64,000 nucleotides of DNA from an uncultured Eubacteriales bacterium (GTDB taxonomy: Bacteria > Bacillota > Clostridia > Oscillospirales > Oscillospiraceae), in the NCBI GenBank assembly GCA_900545805.1, contig URAL01000003.1, positions 1,101 through 65,100 of the forward strand, read 5' to 3'. This document shows, in pieces, positions 24,364-34,461 of the stretch. A model generated the notes under the pieces. It was not told where the DNA came from, searched no databases, and saw nothing but the letters and a program-made list of their open reading frames with translations. Both the position numbers and the translations under genes were made by a program. Each line of letters opens with the position of its first letter. The stretch's first letter is position 1.

Positions 24364-24945
24364 ATGAGTTTAGTACCCTATGTAGTAGAACAGACAAGCC
24401 GTGGCGAGCGTTCGTACGATATCTTTTCAAGACTTCTCAACGACCGCATAATCATGCTGTCGGAGGAAGTCAACGACACGACCGCGAGCCTTATCGTTGC
24501 CCAGCTTCTGTATCTTGAAGCGCAGGATCCCGACAAGGATATACAGTTTTATATCAACAGTCCGGGCGGCTCTGTCACTTCGGGCATGGCTATTTACGAT
24601 ACCATGCAGTATATAAAGCCCGACGTATCCACAATATGCATCGGTATGGCGGCGTCCATGGGAGCATTCCTGCTATCGAGCGGCGCAAAGGGTAAGCGCC
24701 TTGCGCTTCCCAATGCCGAAATTATGATCCATCAACCCTCCGGCGGCAGCAAGGGTCAGTGCACCGATATTCAGATTCAGGCTGAGCAGATCCTTAAGAT
24801 TAAGAAAAATCTCAACAGGATACTCGCCGAAAACACCGGCAAGGATATCGCCGTCGTTGAAGCGGACTGCGAACGAGACCATTTCATGTCCGCACAGGAA
24901 GCCCTTGAATACGGCCTTATCGATAAGGTGATCACCAGGCGATAA
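24364..24945 (+). CDS. clpP: ATP-dependent Clp protease proteolytic subunit
   Basis: 193 aa with [22 protein letters not shown], the catalytic Ser in [11 protein letters not shown], and His in IMIHQP. Confidence 0.97.
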   Translation: MSLVPYVVEQTSRGERSYDIFSRLLNDRIIMLSEEVNDTTASLIVAQLLYLEAQDPDKDIQFYINSPGGSVTSGMAIYDTMQYIKPDVSTICIGMAASMGAFLLSSGAKGKRLALPNAEIMIHQPSGGSKGQCTDIQIQAEQILKIKKNLNRILAENTGKDIAVVEADCERDHFMSAQEALEYGLIDKVITRR

Positions 24946-25007
24946 GTGCGAAATTTATGGGGGAACAGAGCGTTCCCCCATATTACATCATTTCCCGAGG
25001 TATAATT

Positions 25008-26249
25008 ATGGCAAGAACAGACGACAGAAAGAGCATCCGCTGCTCTTTCTGCGGAAAAACACAGGCTCAGGCCGGCCGGCTTATTGCCGGCAACGGCGCA
25101 TATATCTGCGATGAGTGCGTAAATCTCTGCATGAGTATAATCGCTGAGGACGAGCAGGCTCCCGTGCATGACAATCAGGGCAATCGTCTGCGCTTCGAGG
25201 ATCTCCCGAAGCCCTCCGAGATCAAACAGAGACTTGACGCATACATCGTCGGGCAGGAGAGGGCAAAGGTCGTTTTATCGGTTGCGGTGTATAACCACTA
25301 TAAGCGCATACTTTTTGCCGGAGATAACGATGTTGAGCTTCAAAAAAGCAACATTCTGCTTATCGGCCCGACCGGAAGCGGCAAGACACTTTTTGCCCAG
25401 TCGCTGGCCAAGATGCTTAATGTACCTTTTGCTATCGCGGATGCTACCACTCTCACCGAGGCAGGATATGTCGGCGAGGACGTCGAGAATATTCTCCTGC
25501 GCCTGCTGCAGGCGGCAGATTTTGACGTTGAACGCGCCGAAAAGGGTATAATCTATATTGACGAGATCGATAAGATCGCCCGTAAAAGCGAGAATACCTC
25601 AATAACGCGCGATGTCTCCGGCGAAGGTGTACAGCAGGCGCTTTTGAAGCTGCTTGAGGGCACTGTCGCAAACGTTCCGCCTCAGGGCGGACGAAAGCAC
25701 CCGCATCAGGAATTTATCAAGGTCGATACGACAAACATACTTTTCATCTGCGGCGGTGCATTCGACGGCCTTGACAAGATTATCGAAAAGCGTACAGATA
25801 AAAAGAGTATGGGCTTCGGTGCGGAGATAAAAAGCTCTACAGAGCGGGATGTCGGTGAGCTTCTCAAGCAGGCTCAGCAGCACGATCTTTTAAAGTTCGG
25901 CATAATTCCCGAGCTCATCGGCCGCCTGCCTGTCATAGCCCCGTTGACATCTTTAAAGCGAGAAGACCTCGTTCGCATACTTACCGAACCCAAAAACGCC
26001 ATGACTAAGCAGTACGAGGCGCTTATGGGCTATGACGGAGTTAAGCTCGTCTACGATAAAGATGCGCTTGAAGCGATAGCGGATAAGGCTATCGAGATGA
26101 AGATCGGCGCTCGCGGTCTTCGAAGTGTGATGGAAGGTATAATGACCGATATCATGTACACCGTGCCTTCCGAGCACGATATCGAGAAAGTAATTGTCAC
26201 TGCCGACTGCGTGAAAAACGGAACCGGCCCCGACGTAATACGCAAATGA
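25008..26249 (+). CDS. clpX: ATP-dependent Clp protease ATP-binding subunit ClpX
   Basis: Zinc-binding N-terminus CSFCGK...CDEC and Walker A GPTGSGKT. The ORF-track start at 24957 is an upstream extension through a hairpin. Confidence 0.95.
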   Translation: MARTDDRKSIRCSFCGKTQAQAGRLIAGNGAYICDECVNLCMSIIAEDEQAPVHDNQGNRLRFEDLPKPSEIKQRLDAYIVGQERAKVVLSVAVYNHYKRILFAGDNDVELQKSNILLIGPTGSGKTLFAQSLAKMLNVPFAIADATTLTEAGYVGEDVENILLRLLQAADFDVERAEKGIIYIDEIDKIARKSENTSITRDVSGEGVQQALLKLLEGTVANVPPQGGRKHPHQEFIKVDTTNILFICGGAFDGLDKIIEKRTDKKSMGFGAEIKSSTERDVGELLKQAQQHDLLKFGIIPELIGRLPVIAPLTSLKREDLVRILTEPKNAMTKQYEALMGYDGVKLVYDKDALEAIADKAIEMKIGARGLRSVMEGIMTDIMYTVPSEHDIEKVIVTADCVKNGTGPDVIRK

Positions 26250-26257
26250 TACAACAC

Positions 26258-26296
26258 GGCAAGACGGGGCATTGCCCTGTCTTGCTGCGTTTTTTC
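26258..26296 (+). terminator. intrinsic terminator after clpX
   Basis: Stem GCAAGACGGGGC/GCCCTGTCTTGC followed by TGCGTTTTTT. Confidence 0.7.
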
Positions 26297-26327
26297 TATT
26301 TTATATCCCTCAGAAGGAGGTAAGCTT

Positions 26328-28730
26328 ATGAATCAGAACAAGAAAATACCCGACCGCGCAATGGCCATACTGCCGCTGCGGGGCCTTAACATATTCCCCG
26401 GAATGCTCCTGAGCTTTGACGTTGAGCGCCCGATATCGCTCGCGGCCCTCAATTTTGCGCAGAACTCCGATCAGGAGATATTCCTTGTTACGCAGAAGGA
26501 TATAGCAAACGATATGCCGGAGCTCAATGACCTTTACGAATACGGTGTTGTCTGCCGCATCCGTCAGCTCGTTCGTCAGCCAGGAGGCAAGCTGTGCAAG
26601 GTGATGGCCGAGGGAATCTACAGGGGCAGAATATCGTCTATCAGCTCCGAGCAGCCATATTTCTTCGGCGATGTTGAAAGTGCTCCCGATAAGGCTGAAA
26701 AGGTCGCTGCTGACAGAAAGGAAGCGCTCATGCGCACTACGGTAGGGCTGTTTGATGAGTATATCCAGCTATCCGGCAGTATGCCGCCCGAAATGCTTCT
26801 AAACCTTGTTGTCAGCCGTGATCCCGCCTTTGTTGCAGACTATACGGCGCAGAACGTACGACTTGATTACCGCCAGAAGCAGGTACTCCTTGAGGAGCTT
26901 CATCCCTGCCGCAGGCTGGAGATGCTAATTGAGCTGCTCAACCATGAGCTTAACGTCATGAGCATAGAGCAGGAGCTCAGTGAGGCGACGAACGAGCAGG
27001 TAAACCGCAGTCAGCGCGATTACTATCTTCGTGAGCAGATGAAGATAATCCAGCAGGAGCTCGGTGAGGATGATACATCAGACGATATAGGCGAATACCG
27101 CCAGAGGATCCGCGACCTGAAGCTCTCGCAGGAGATAGAGGATAAGCTTCTCAAAGAAGTGTCCCACCTTGCAAAGCAGCCCTTCGGCTCGACCGAGGCC
27201 ACGGTCATCCGCGGCTATCTCGACGTTTGCCTTGAGCTGCCGTGGAACATAAAGACCGAGGAAACGCGGGATATTGACAAAGCGCGCAGGGTGCTCGATG
27301 AGGATCACTACGGCCTTGAAAAGGTTAAGCAGCGCGTTATAGAATACCTTGCCGTGAGGCAGCTTGCCCCCAAGGCCGGCGGAAGTCTGCTGTGTCTTGT
27401 CGGACCTCCGGGCACCGGTAAGACCAGCATAGCAATGAGCATCGCACGAGCAACAAATCGCAAGTGTGTTCGCATATCCCTCGGCGGTGTTCACGATGAG
27501 GCAGAGATCCGCGGCCACAGAAAAACCTATGTCGGGGCAATGCCCGGCAGGATCATATCCGGCATCCGTCAGTCAAAGAGCATGAATCCTGTAATGGTGC
27601 TTGATGAGGTTGACAAGTTAGGCTCTGACTATCGGGGCGATCCCTCTGCGGCGCTGCTGGAAGCGCTCGACCCCGAGCAGAACTCAACGTTCCGGGATAA
27701 TTACCTTGAAGTGCCGTTTGATCTTTCGGATGTATTCTTCATAACGACCGCAAACTCGCTCGATACCATACCGAGAGCGCTCCTTGACCGCATGGAGGTC
27801 ATTGAGCTTTCAAGCTATACCGATGAGGAAAAGCTCAGCATCGCAAAGGGGCATTTGCTGCCCAAGCAGCGCAAAAAGCATGGTCTTAAGGCTTCACAGC
27901 TGAAGGTCAGCGACGACGCCATACGCGAGATTATAACATATTACACACGCGAATCGGGTGTCAGAAATCTTGAACGTCAGATAGCGGCGCTGTGCCGCAA
28001 GGCTGCCGTTTCGATTGCCGACGGCGAGCGCAAGAGCTTGTCGATTCGCTCCGGTGTATTGCAGCCGTATCTCGGCTCACCGAAATTCAAGCCCGAGCAG
28101 CGCAGAATGAACGATGAGGTCGGCCTTGTGCGCGGCCTTGCGTGGACAAGCGTCGGCGGCGAGGTGCTCGATGTCGAAGTTGCTGTTGTCGAAGGCAGCG
28201 GAAAGCTCGAGCTTACCGGCAACCTCGGCAAGGTTATGCAGGAATCCTGTCAGGCGGCAATGACCTGTATAAGAAGCAGGGCAAATAAACTCGGCATCAA
28301 CGCTGATTTTTACAAAACAAAGGATATACACATACATTTCCCGGAGGGTGCGATACCCAAGGACGGGCCTTCGGCGGGTGTCACCGTCTGCACGGCTATC
28401 GTCTCCGCGCTGACAGGTACGCCCGTGCGCCGCGATATCGCAATGACGGGAGAGATCAGCCTGCGCGGAAGAGTTCTTCCCATCGGAGGCCTCAAGGAAA
28501 AGACGATGGCGGCTATGCGCAGCGGCGTAAGCACCGTTATCATTCCTGCCGATAACGAGCCGGATCTCGAGGAGATCGATCCTGCCGTGCGAAAGGCACT
28601 CAACTTTGTGCTGGCAGATAAGGTCGATAACGTACTTGAAACTGCGCTTGCTCATAAGGACGCTGATAGCAAGCCTGATGTCATTATGCCCGTTTCGGGC
28701 AAGAAATCCCGTCCGGGAATTAGACAGTAG
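26328..28730 (+). CDS. lon: endopeptidase La (Lon protease)
   Basis: 800 aa with a LON N-domain, Walker A GPPGTGKTS, and the catalytic Ser in PKDGPSAGV. Confidence 0.96.
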   Translation: MNQNKKIPDRAMAILPLRGLNIFPGMLLSFDVERPISLAALNFAQNSDQEIFLVTQKDIANDMPELNDLYEYGVVCRIRQLVRQPGGKLCKVMAEGIYRGRISSISSEQPYFFGDVESAPDKAEKVAADRKEALMRTTVGLFDEYIQLSGSMPPEMLLNLVVSRDPAFVADYTAQNVRLDYRQKQVLLEELHPCRRLEMLIELLNHELNVMSIEQELSEATNEQVNRSQRDYYLREQMKIIQQELGEDDTSDDIGEYRQRIRDLKLSQEIEDKLLKEVSHLAKQPFGSTEATVIRGYLDVCLELPWNIKTEETRDIDKARRVLDEDHYGLEKVKQRVIEYLAVRQLAPKAGGSLLCLVGPPGTGKTSIAMSIARATNRKCVRISLGGVHDEAEIRGHRKTYVGAMPGRIISGIRQSKSMNPVMVLDEVDKLGSDYRGDPSAALLEALDPEQNSTFRDNYLEVPFDLSDVFFITTANSLDTIPRALLDRMEVIELSSYTDEEKLSIAKGHLLPKQRKKHGLKASQLKVSDDAIREIITYYTRESGVRNLERQIAALCRKAAVSIADGERKSLSIRSGVLQPYLGSPKFKPEQRRMNDEVGLVRGLAWTSVGGEVLDVEVAVVEGSGKLELTGNLGKVMQESCQAAMTCIRSRANKLGINADFYKTKDIHIHFPEGAIPKDGPSAGVTVCTAIVSALTGTPVRRDIAMTGEISLRGRVLPIGGLKEKTMAAMRSGVSTVIIPADNEPDLEEIDPAVRKALNFVLADKVDNVLETALAHKDADSKPDVIMPVSGKKSRPGIRQ

Positions 28731-28737
28731 GTGTACT

Positions 28738-29328
28738 ATGGCCGAACTTAACGTCAACAAAGCCGAGTTTATAAAAAGTGCGGCAGCACCGGCGGACTTT
28801 ATCCGCGGTGCACTTCCGAATATCGTATTTGCAGGCAAGTCCAATGTCGGCAAATCCTCGGTGATAAACAGACTTTTAAATCGCAAAAACTTTGCGCGAG
28901 TGGGACAGTCTCCGGGAAAGACGATACATGTAAACTATTTTCTTATAGACCAAAAGGTCTACTTTGTCGATCTTCCCGGCTACGGCTACGCGAAGGTATC
29001 AAAGTCAGAGCGCGAACGCTGGGGCAAGCTCATGGAGCAGTTTTTTGCCGTCGACGGGCTCATAGACCTCGGAATAATGATCGTAGACTCGCGTCATAAG
29101 CCGACGGCCGACGATATTACGATGGCTCAATGGTTCAAAAGCACCGGCTGTCCGCTCGTGGTTGCTGCCAATAAGTCAGATAAGCTGAAAAAGAGTGAGA
29201 TCGAGGCGAATCTTGAGCTTATTCGTCTTACTCTCGGCCTTGATGAAGAAACGCCGCTCATTCTATTTTCCGCGGAAAAGGGCAGCGGCCGCGACGCTCT
29301 TATGTCGCAGATACTCAAGTATATTTAA
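28738..29328 (+). CDS. engB: ribosome biogenesis GTP-binding protein YihA/YsxC
   Basis: The MAELNVNKAEFIKSA start is in frame with the track ORF. It has GKSNVGKSS, DLPGYGYA and NKSDK. Confidence 0.9.
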   Translation: MAELNVNKAEFIKSAAAPADFIRGALPNIVFAGKSNVGKSSVINRLLNRKNFARVGQSPGKTIHVNYFLIDQKVYFVDLPGYGYAKVSKSERERWGKLMEQFFAVDGLIDLGIMIVDSRHKPTADDITMAQWFKSTGCPLVVAANKSDKLKKSEIEANLELIRLTLGLDEETPLILFSAEKGSGRDALMSQILKYI

Positions 29329-29339
29329 GGTAGTGCTTT

Positions 29340-30032
29340 ATGAATTCATTCGGCGATGTAATGCGAAATCTTGACTGGTCGGTTGTTACCGACATGCTCA
29401 TGTCCGTCATACCGGCGCTCGTGTGCATAACGCTGCACGAGATCAGCCACGGCTATGTCGCCTATAAGCTGGGCGACAACACTGCGAAAAATATGGGAAG
29501 GCTCACGCTCAATCCCATTAAGCATATCGACATTGTCGGTCTCATAATGATGGTCGTGTTCAAATTCGGCTGGGCAAAGCCCGTGCCGGTCGATATGCGC
29601 AATTTCAAGCACCCCAAACGCGACATGGCGATAACCGCACTCGCAGGTCCGGTATCAAACCTCCTGATCTGCTGCGTCGTGCTGTTTATTTACGGTATCA
29701 TTTTTCTGCCGTGCAAGCTCTCGGGAAGCGAATTCTGGGGAGATGTGCTTGATATGGTTTACATAACATCATATTTGAGCATAGCTCTTGCCATATTCAA
29801 TATCATTCCCGTGCCGCCGCTGGACGGCTCAAAGGTGCTGTTTTCACTCATGAGCGATGAGGCGTATTTTAAGCTCATGCGCTATGAGCGCTACGGAATG
29901 CTGATTCTGCTCGTCCTTGTGGCTACTAATATTCTGGGGCAGCCGCTCCAGACGGTGACCGAGGCGGTGTTCAAATTCCTGCTCCCGTTTGCCGAATGGG
30001 GCTATGACCTTTCGTGCATACTGTTTTATTGA
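29340..30032 (+). CDS. site-2 protease family (M50) membrane metalloprotease
   Basis: 230 aa, polytopic, with HEISHG (HExxH) and NIIPVPPLDGS. Confidence 0.8.
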   Translation: MNSFGDVMRNLDWSVVTDMLMSVIPALVCITLHEISHGYVAYKLGDNTAKNMGRLTLNPIKHIDIVGLIMMVVFKFGWAKPVPVDMRNFKHPKRDMAITALAGPVSNLLICCVVLFIYGIIFLPCKLSGSEFWGDVLDMVYITSYLSIALAIFNIIPVPPLDGSKVLFSLMSDEAYFKLMRYERYGMLILLVLVATNILGQPLQTVTEAVFKFLLPFAEWGYDLSCILFY

Positions 30033-30034
30033 TA

Positions 30035-30817
30035 ATGGACAATCCTACTTTTCATCTTGACGGCGTAGTTAAGGACAGAAATGAGCTTCAGGATTTCGAC
30101 GGTCCGCTCAGCCTTATCCTTATGCTGCTGTCGAAAAATAAAATAGAGATACGAGATATAAAAATATCCGAGATACTCGATCAGTACCTTGAATACCTTG
30201 ACCGTATGGAGAAAATGGATCTTGAAATAACGAGCGAGTTCGTGCAGATGGCCTCGCATCTGCTGTATATCAAGACCCGAACGCTCCTTGCGGGCGAGGA
30301 GGAGGTCAGTGAGCTGGAAGAGCTCATGACTTCTCTTGAGCAGTTAAAGTGCAAGGACATTTACTCGGCTGTGCAGAGAATAACTCCGGAGCTGAAAAAG
30401 GCCTCGGAAAAGGGGCTTTTATATTACGCAAAGCTCCCGGAGCCGCTGCCGGATATAAAGCGCGAGTACGAGTATCGCCACGAGCCGGCGGATCTGTTCC
30501 GTGCGCTGTATACCGTTATAACACGCGGCGGAAAACCGTCGGAGCCCGAGCTTGCTCACCGTCTCGCGCCCTCGCGCATCGTATATGAGGTGCGGACAAA
30601 AAGCCGCGAGCTTATCGACCGTCTGCAAAAGGGACCGGCAAAGCTGTCAGAGCTTTACTCCGAGTGCCGCAGCCGTTCGGAGATCGTTGCAACGTTTATC
30701 TCCATTTTGGAACTGTGCAGCATGGGCAGCGTTGAGCTCACAGGCGATGAGAGCGACTATACGCTCTCGTTCACAGGCGGCGATGTCGGCGAAATCATTG
30801 ACAGAATAACAGAGTAG
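30035..30817 (+). CDS. scpA: segregation and condensation protein A
   Basis: FDGPLSLILMLLSKNKIEIRDIKISEILDQYLEYL, a kleisin. The start is MDNPTF. Confidence 0.88.
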   Translation: MDNPTFHLDGVVKDRNELQDFDGPLSLILMLLSKNKIEIRDIKISEILDQYLEYLDRMEKMDLEITSEFVQMASHLLYIKTRTLLAGEEEVSELEELMTSLEQLKCKDIYSAVQRITPELKKASEKGLLYYAKLPEPLPDIKREYEYRHEPADLFRALYTVITRGGKPSEPELAHRLAPSRIVYEVRTKSRELIDRLQKGPAKLSELYSECRSRSEIVATFISILELCSMGSVELTGDESDYTLSFTGGDVGEIIDRITE

Positions 30818-30825
30818 GTTTTGTA

Positions 30826-31428
30826 ATGGAAACAGAGAATATAAAGTCAGCCGTTGAGGCAATACTTTTTGCAGCGGGCGAGCCTGTTCCCGCCGCACGC
30901 ATATCACTTATCCTTGAGGTCGATGAGAAAACGGTTTTCGCGGCGGCAAAGGAGCTTGCTGATGAATACAGCTTCGGTATGCGCGGCATGCGTATACTTA
31001 CGCTTGATAACAAGCTGCAAATGTGCTCGTCGCCGGAGTATGCCGCGGTGATAAGCAAAACGCTTGAGCAGCGCAAGCCGCCGATGCTCTCACAGCCGGC
31101 GCTTGAAACGCTTGCGGTCGTTGCGTATTTTCAGCCCGTCACAAGGGCGTATATCGACCAGGTGCGCGGAGTCGACAGCTCATACACCGTCGGTGTACTC
31201 ATAGACCGCGGCCTTATTGAGCGCTGCGGAAAGCTCGACGTTCCGGGTAGACCATCACTTCTTCGCACGACGGACGTTTTCCTTCGCACGATGGGCGTCA
31301 GCAGGCTTGAGGAGCTTCCGGAGCTTCCGGATATCAGCTCCGGCGACGGCGTCAAAAAGCTTGAAGATGCCATTGAAAAGCTCAACACGGTCGGTAATAA
31401 TCAGCTCCGGATGGAGGAGCTCAAATAG
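30826..31428 (+). CDS. scpB: segregation and condensation protein B
   Basis: AVEAILFAAGEPV..., LSQPALETLAVVAYFQPVTRAYIDQVRGVDS. Confidence 0.9.
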   Translation: METENIKSAVEAILFAAGEPVPAARISLILEVDEKTVFAAAKELADEYSFGMRGMRILTLDNKLQMCSSPEYAAVISKTLEQRKPPMLSQPALETLAVVAYFQPVTRAYIDQVRGVDSSYTVGVLIDRGLIERCGKLDVPGRPSLLRTTDVFLRTMGVSRLEELPELPDISSGDGVKKLEDAIEKLNTVGNNQLRMEELK

Positions 31429-31437
31429 GATGTTGGG

Positions 31438-32115
31438 GTGGTGCGCTTGACAGCGCTTTTTATCATCTTAATACTGCTGGCTGCCATCATGCTCATTCCT
31501 CTCGGAGTGTACGCATCATACATGGAGGGCAGCTTCACGGCATCTGCGCATGTGTGGTTTTATAAGCTCAGTCTGTATCCTCCGAAGGAAAAGAAGCCTA
31601 AGTCCGAGGAACCGACAGAGACCGATACGGAAAATGAGGAAAAGCCCAAAAAAAGCTTTTCGCCAGACTTTACGCCGGGCGACTGGCTTGAGCTTGCAAG
31701 ACTCGCCCTGCGAGCGCTCAGGCACTTAAAAAACGGAGTGTATTTTGACCTCATCAGGCTCACGGCGGTCATATCCGCGCCCGACCCGTATGATGCCGTA
31801 ATGCGATATAATGCGGTAAACGGCTTTATCGGCTCCGCGATACCTTTTTTTGAGAGCGAGTTTTGCGTTAAAAAGAAAGAGATATACATCGGACTTGATA
31901 TGAACGGCGGCGAAGGCAATGCTGAATTTGAGCTTTCCGCATCCGTAAGAATTGGAACGATTCTGGCATTGGGATTTGCCGCAGGCTTTGGATTTCTGAA
32001 AATTCTGATAAAAAACAGGATACGGCGTATCCGTGAAAGGGTGGCATGCAATGGAGAACAACAAACTGAGCGAAATGATGCAGTCAACAATGAGCAGCAT
32101 CAAGGATCTTGTTGA
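31438..32115 (+). CDS. DUF2953-like membrane protein (in the YtfI position)
   Basis: 225 aa with a GTG start, an N-terminal TM segment and an acidic/lysine linker. It lies directly upstream of, and overlaps, ytfJ. Confidence 0.55.
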   Translation: MVRLTALFIILILLAAIMLIPLGVYASYMEGSFTASAHVWFYKLSLYPPKEKKPKSEEPTETDTENEEKPKKSFSPDFTPGDWLELARLALRALRHLKNGVYFDLIRLTAVISAPDPYDAVMRYNAVNGFIGSAIPFFESEFCVKKKEIYIGLDMNGGEGNAEFELSASVRIGTILALGFAAGFGFLKILIKNRIRRIRERVACNGEQQTERNDAVNNEQHQGSC

Positions 32116-32428
32116 GGTAAACAACATCGTCGGCGAGCCCATAGTTACTCCCGACGGCCAGACTATTATTCCCGTATCGAAGCTGAGCTTCGGCTTCGGA
32201 GGCGCAGGAGGCGATTCACTCGGCGGCAGCAAGCAGGGCTACGGCGGCGGCAGCGCGGCTGCCGTTAAGATAGAGCCGATCGGCTTTCTCGTCGTCAAGG
32301 ATGACGGCGTGCGCATGATAAACGTCGCACCTCCGGCGAAAAACGGCGTTGACAGGATCATTGACATGGTGCCTGACGTCATGGATAAAATAGAAAGCAT
32401 CGCAAATACTAATAAGAAGACCGATTAA
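32051..32428 (+). CDS. ytfJ: GerW family sporulation protein YtfJ
   Basis: IVGEPIVTPDGQTIIPVSKLSFGFGGAGGD...GGGSAAAVKIEPIGFLVV. An AAAGGGTGG RBS is present. Confidence 0.85.
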   Translation: MENNKLSEMMQSTMSSIKDLVEVNNIVGEPIVTPDGQTIIPVSKLSFGFGGAGGDSLGGSKQGYGGGSAAAVKIEPIGFLVVKDDGVRMINVAPPAKNGVDRIIDMVPDVMDKIESIANTNKKTD

Positions 32429-32483
32429 AACAAGCCGATTTCGTCAATAATAAGCACTGCCCGGAAAGGTGGTGCTTATTTTT

Positions 32484-33623
32484 ATGGATAAAATCATTTC
32501 TGTCTTTTTGGCTGCCGGTATCGTGCTTTCTCTGCTGCCGTTTTCGGCTCTCGCCGACGAGGAGCACGAGCTGTCGGCGCACAGCGCGATAGTCCTGTGC
32601 GCGGATACCGGCGATGTGCTGTTTGAAAAAAATGCGGACGAGCGGATGCTCATTGCCAGCATAACAAAGATCATGACTGCCATTGTCGTTATTGAAAACG
32701 CCGAGCTTGACGATCAAATTGTTATAAAGCCCGAATGGAGCTCTGTCGAGGGCTCGAGCATGTATGCAAACCCGGGTCAAAGCTACACCGTGCGGGAGCT
32801 TTTATACGGTATGATGCTCAACTCCGGAAACGATGCCGCGGCGGCTTTGGCATGCACTCTCTGCGGCAATGAGAGCAGCTTTGCCGAGAAAATGAACGAA
32901 AAGGCCCGTGAGCTCGGCCTCGAAAACACATCGTTTTGCAATCCGCACGGCCTGGATAACGAGGGGCATTATTCAAGTGCCCGCGATATGGCAAGACTCA
33001 CTGCTTACTGCATGAAAAATGATACCTTTAAAAGCATCGTATCGACAAACTGCGCTGTCATAAAGGGCGTGACTTATTATAATCATAACCGCCTGCTGCG
33101 CGAATATGAGGGCTGCATCGGTGTAAAAACAGGCTATACCATAGCTGCCGGCAGAACGCTTGTCAGCTGCGCCGAGCGCGGAGGCATGAGACTTGTGTGC
33201 GTAACACTCAACGCCCCAGACGATTGGAACGATCACAAATATCTGCTGGATAAGGTGTTTTCGGATTATCGTATTGTGTTATATGATGCCGATAGCTTCA
33301 GGATCTCGCTCGATGTTGCCTCGGCCGCCGTTAGCATCGCTGAGGCCGTACCCGAAAACGAGATAAAGCTCCTTGTACGCTCGGATGATGAGCTCGACGT
33401 TAAGCTTGAAGTGCCGCGCATATTATTCGCCGGCGGAATAGAGGGGGAGAAGGTTGGAGTGCTCAGCGTATTTATAAACGGCTCTCTTGCGGCACAGGGG
33501 AATTTGGTTTATACTAAAAATATAAAGGTTGATCCCGCTCAGAGGCTAATGCCCTATGAGCGGATATTAAGAATATTTGATACGACGATCAGACCGTACT
33601 ATGTCGAAGGAGAAGCAAAATGA
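32484..33623 (+). CDS. D-alanyl-D-alanine carboxypeptidase (S11 family, DacB/DacF-like)
   Basis: Signal peptide and the active-site motifs SITKIM, SGND and KTGYT. The alternative GTG start at 32469 is in frame. Confidence 0.88.
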   Translation: MDKIISVFLAAGIVLSLLPFSALADEEHELSAHSAIVLCADTGDVLFEKNADERMLIASITKIMTAIVVIENAELDDQIVIKPEWSSVEGSSMYANPGQSYTVRELLYGMMLNSGNDAAAALACTLCGNESSFAEKMNEKARELGLENTSFCNPHGLDNEGHYSSARDMARLTAYCMKNDTFKSIVSTNCAVIKGVTYYNHNRLLREYEGCIGVKTGYTIAAGRTLVSCAERGGMRLVCVTLNAPDDWNDHKYLLDKVFSDYRIVLYDADSFRISLDVASAAVSIAEAVPENEIKLLVRSDDELDVKLEVPRILFAGGIEGEKVGVLSVFINGSLAAQGNLVYTKNIKVDPAQRLMPYERILRIFDTTIRPYYVEGEAK

Positions 33624-34327
33624 AGCAGCGACTTCAAAAGCTTATATCCGCCGCAGGAATGGCATCACGCCGCAGGAGCGAGGAGCTTATAAAAATGGGA
33701 AAGGTGACCGTAAACGGCATCCCGGCCTCGCTCGGCGACAGCGCAGACCCCGAGACCGACATTATCTGTGTTGACGGCAGACTTTTAGCCGAGCCTGCCG
33801 AGCGGACGTACATAATGCTGTATAAGCCCCGTGGCTATGTAACAACATTAAAGGACGAAAAAAACCGGCGCTGCGTCAGCGAGCTTGTCAGGGACGTAGG
33901 CGTTCGACTGTATCCCGTGGGAAGGCTCGATATGTATTCCGAGGGGCTTCTTATCATGACCGATGACGGAGAATTTGCAAACCGGCTTATGCATCCATCA
34001 TCGCAGACGGATAAGACCTATCATGCTTGGGTCAAGGGTGCGTGCAGTGAAACGGCGCTCAAGGTGCTCAGAAGCCCGCTCGTCATAGACGGGTACAGAA
34101 TAAGTCCGGCTGAGGTCAAAGTCATAAGATCAGGCGAGGACTATACGCAGCTGTCTATCCGCATCCACGAGGGCAGAAATCGCCAAATCAGAAAAATGTG
34201 CGACTGCGCCGGCCTCAAGCTCACAAAGCTCAAGCGCATATCCGAGGGAAGCCTATCCATAGGTGCACTCAAGCCCGGCCATTGGAGGTATCTCACGGAA
34301 GATGAATTGCAAGATTTACTGATGTGA
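33620..34327 (+). CDS. rluB: pseudouridine synthase, RsuA/RluB family
   Basis: The S4 domain RLQKLISAAGMASRRRSEELI and the catalytic region YPVGRLDMYSEGLLIMTDDG. Confidence 0.88.
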   Translation: MKQRLQKLISAAGMASRRRSEELIKMGKVTVNGIPASLGDSADPETDIICVDGRLLAEPAERTYIMLYKPRGYVTTLKDEKNRRCVSELVRDVGVRLYPVGRLDMYSEGLLIMTDDGEFANRLMHPSSQTDKTYHAWVKGACSETALKVLRSPLVIDGYRISPAEVKVIRSGEDYTQLSIRIHEGRNRQIRKMCDCAGLKLTKLKRISEGSLSIGALKPGHWRYLTEDELQDLLM

Positions 34328-34399
34328 TGAAACTCTTAAACTTGAAAACTTTTAGTTATCTGCCCCAAACACACGATTATTTGCAAGTTTTGTGGGGAT

Positions 34400-34424
34400 A
34401 AATTGCAAAATGCTATTGCAATTT
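34400..34424. promoter_or_regulatory. perfect palindromic candidate operator
   Basis: AAATTGCAA, a 7-nt spacer, then TTGCAATTT. The right half-site is the -35 of the downstream promoter. A third TTGCAA lies at 34381-34386. Confidence 0.5.
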
Positions 34425-34444
34425 CAGCGGATTGAAAGTAGAAT
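34416..34444 (+). promoter_or_regulatory. sigma-A promoter for the RpiR-family regulator operon
   Basis: TTGCAA, a 17-nt spacer, then TAGAAT. Confidence 0.55.
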
Positions 34445-34461
34445 AAGGCGTATGTTCTAAC

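Noticed and set aside
22988-24430. A 480-aa open reading frame on the minus strand, exactly antisense to trigger factor and running into clpP.
   Set aside because: The translation is low-complexity (rich in L, V, D and G) with no recognisable domain. It mirrors the GAx/GCx-rich codons of tig, whose reverse complements avoid stop codons. The sense-strand gene is unambiguous.
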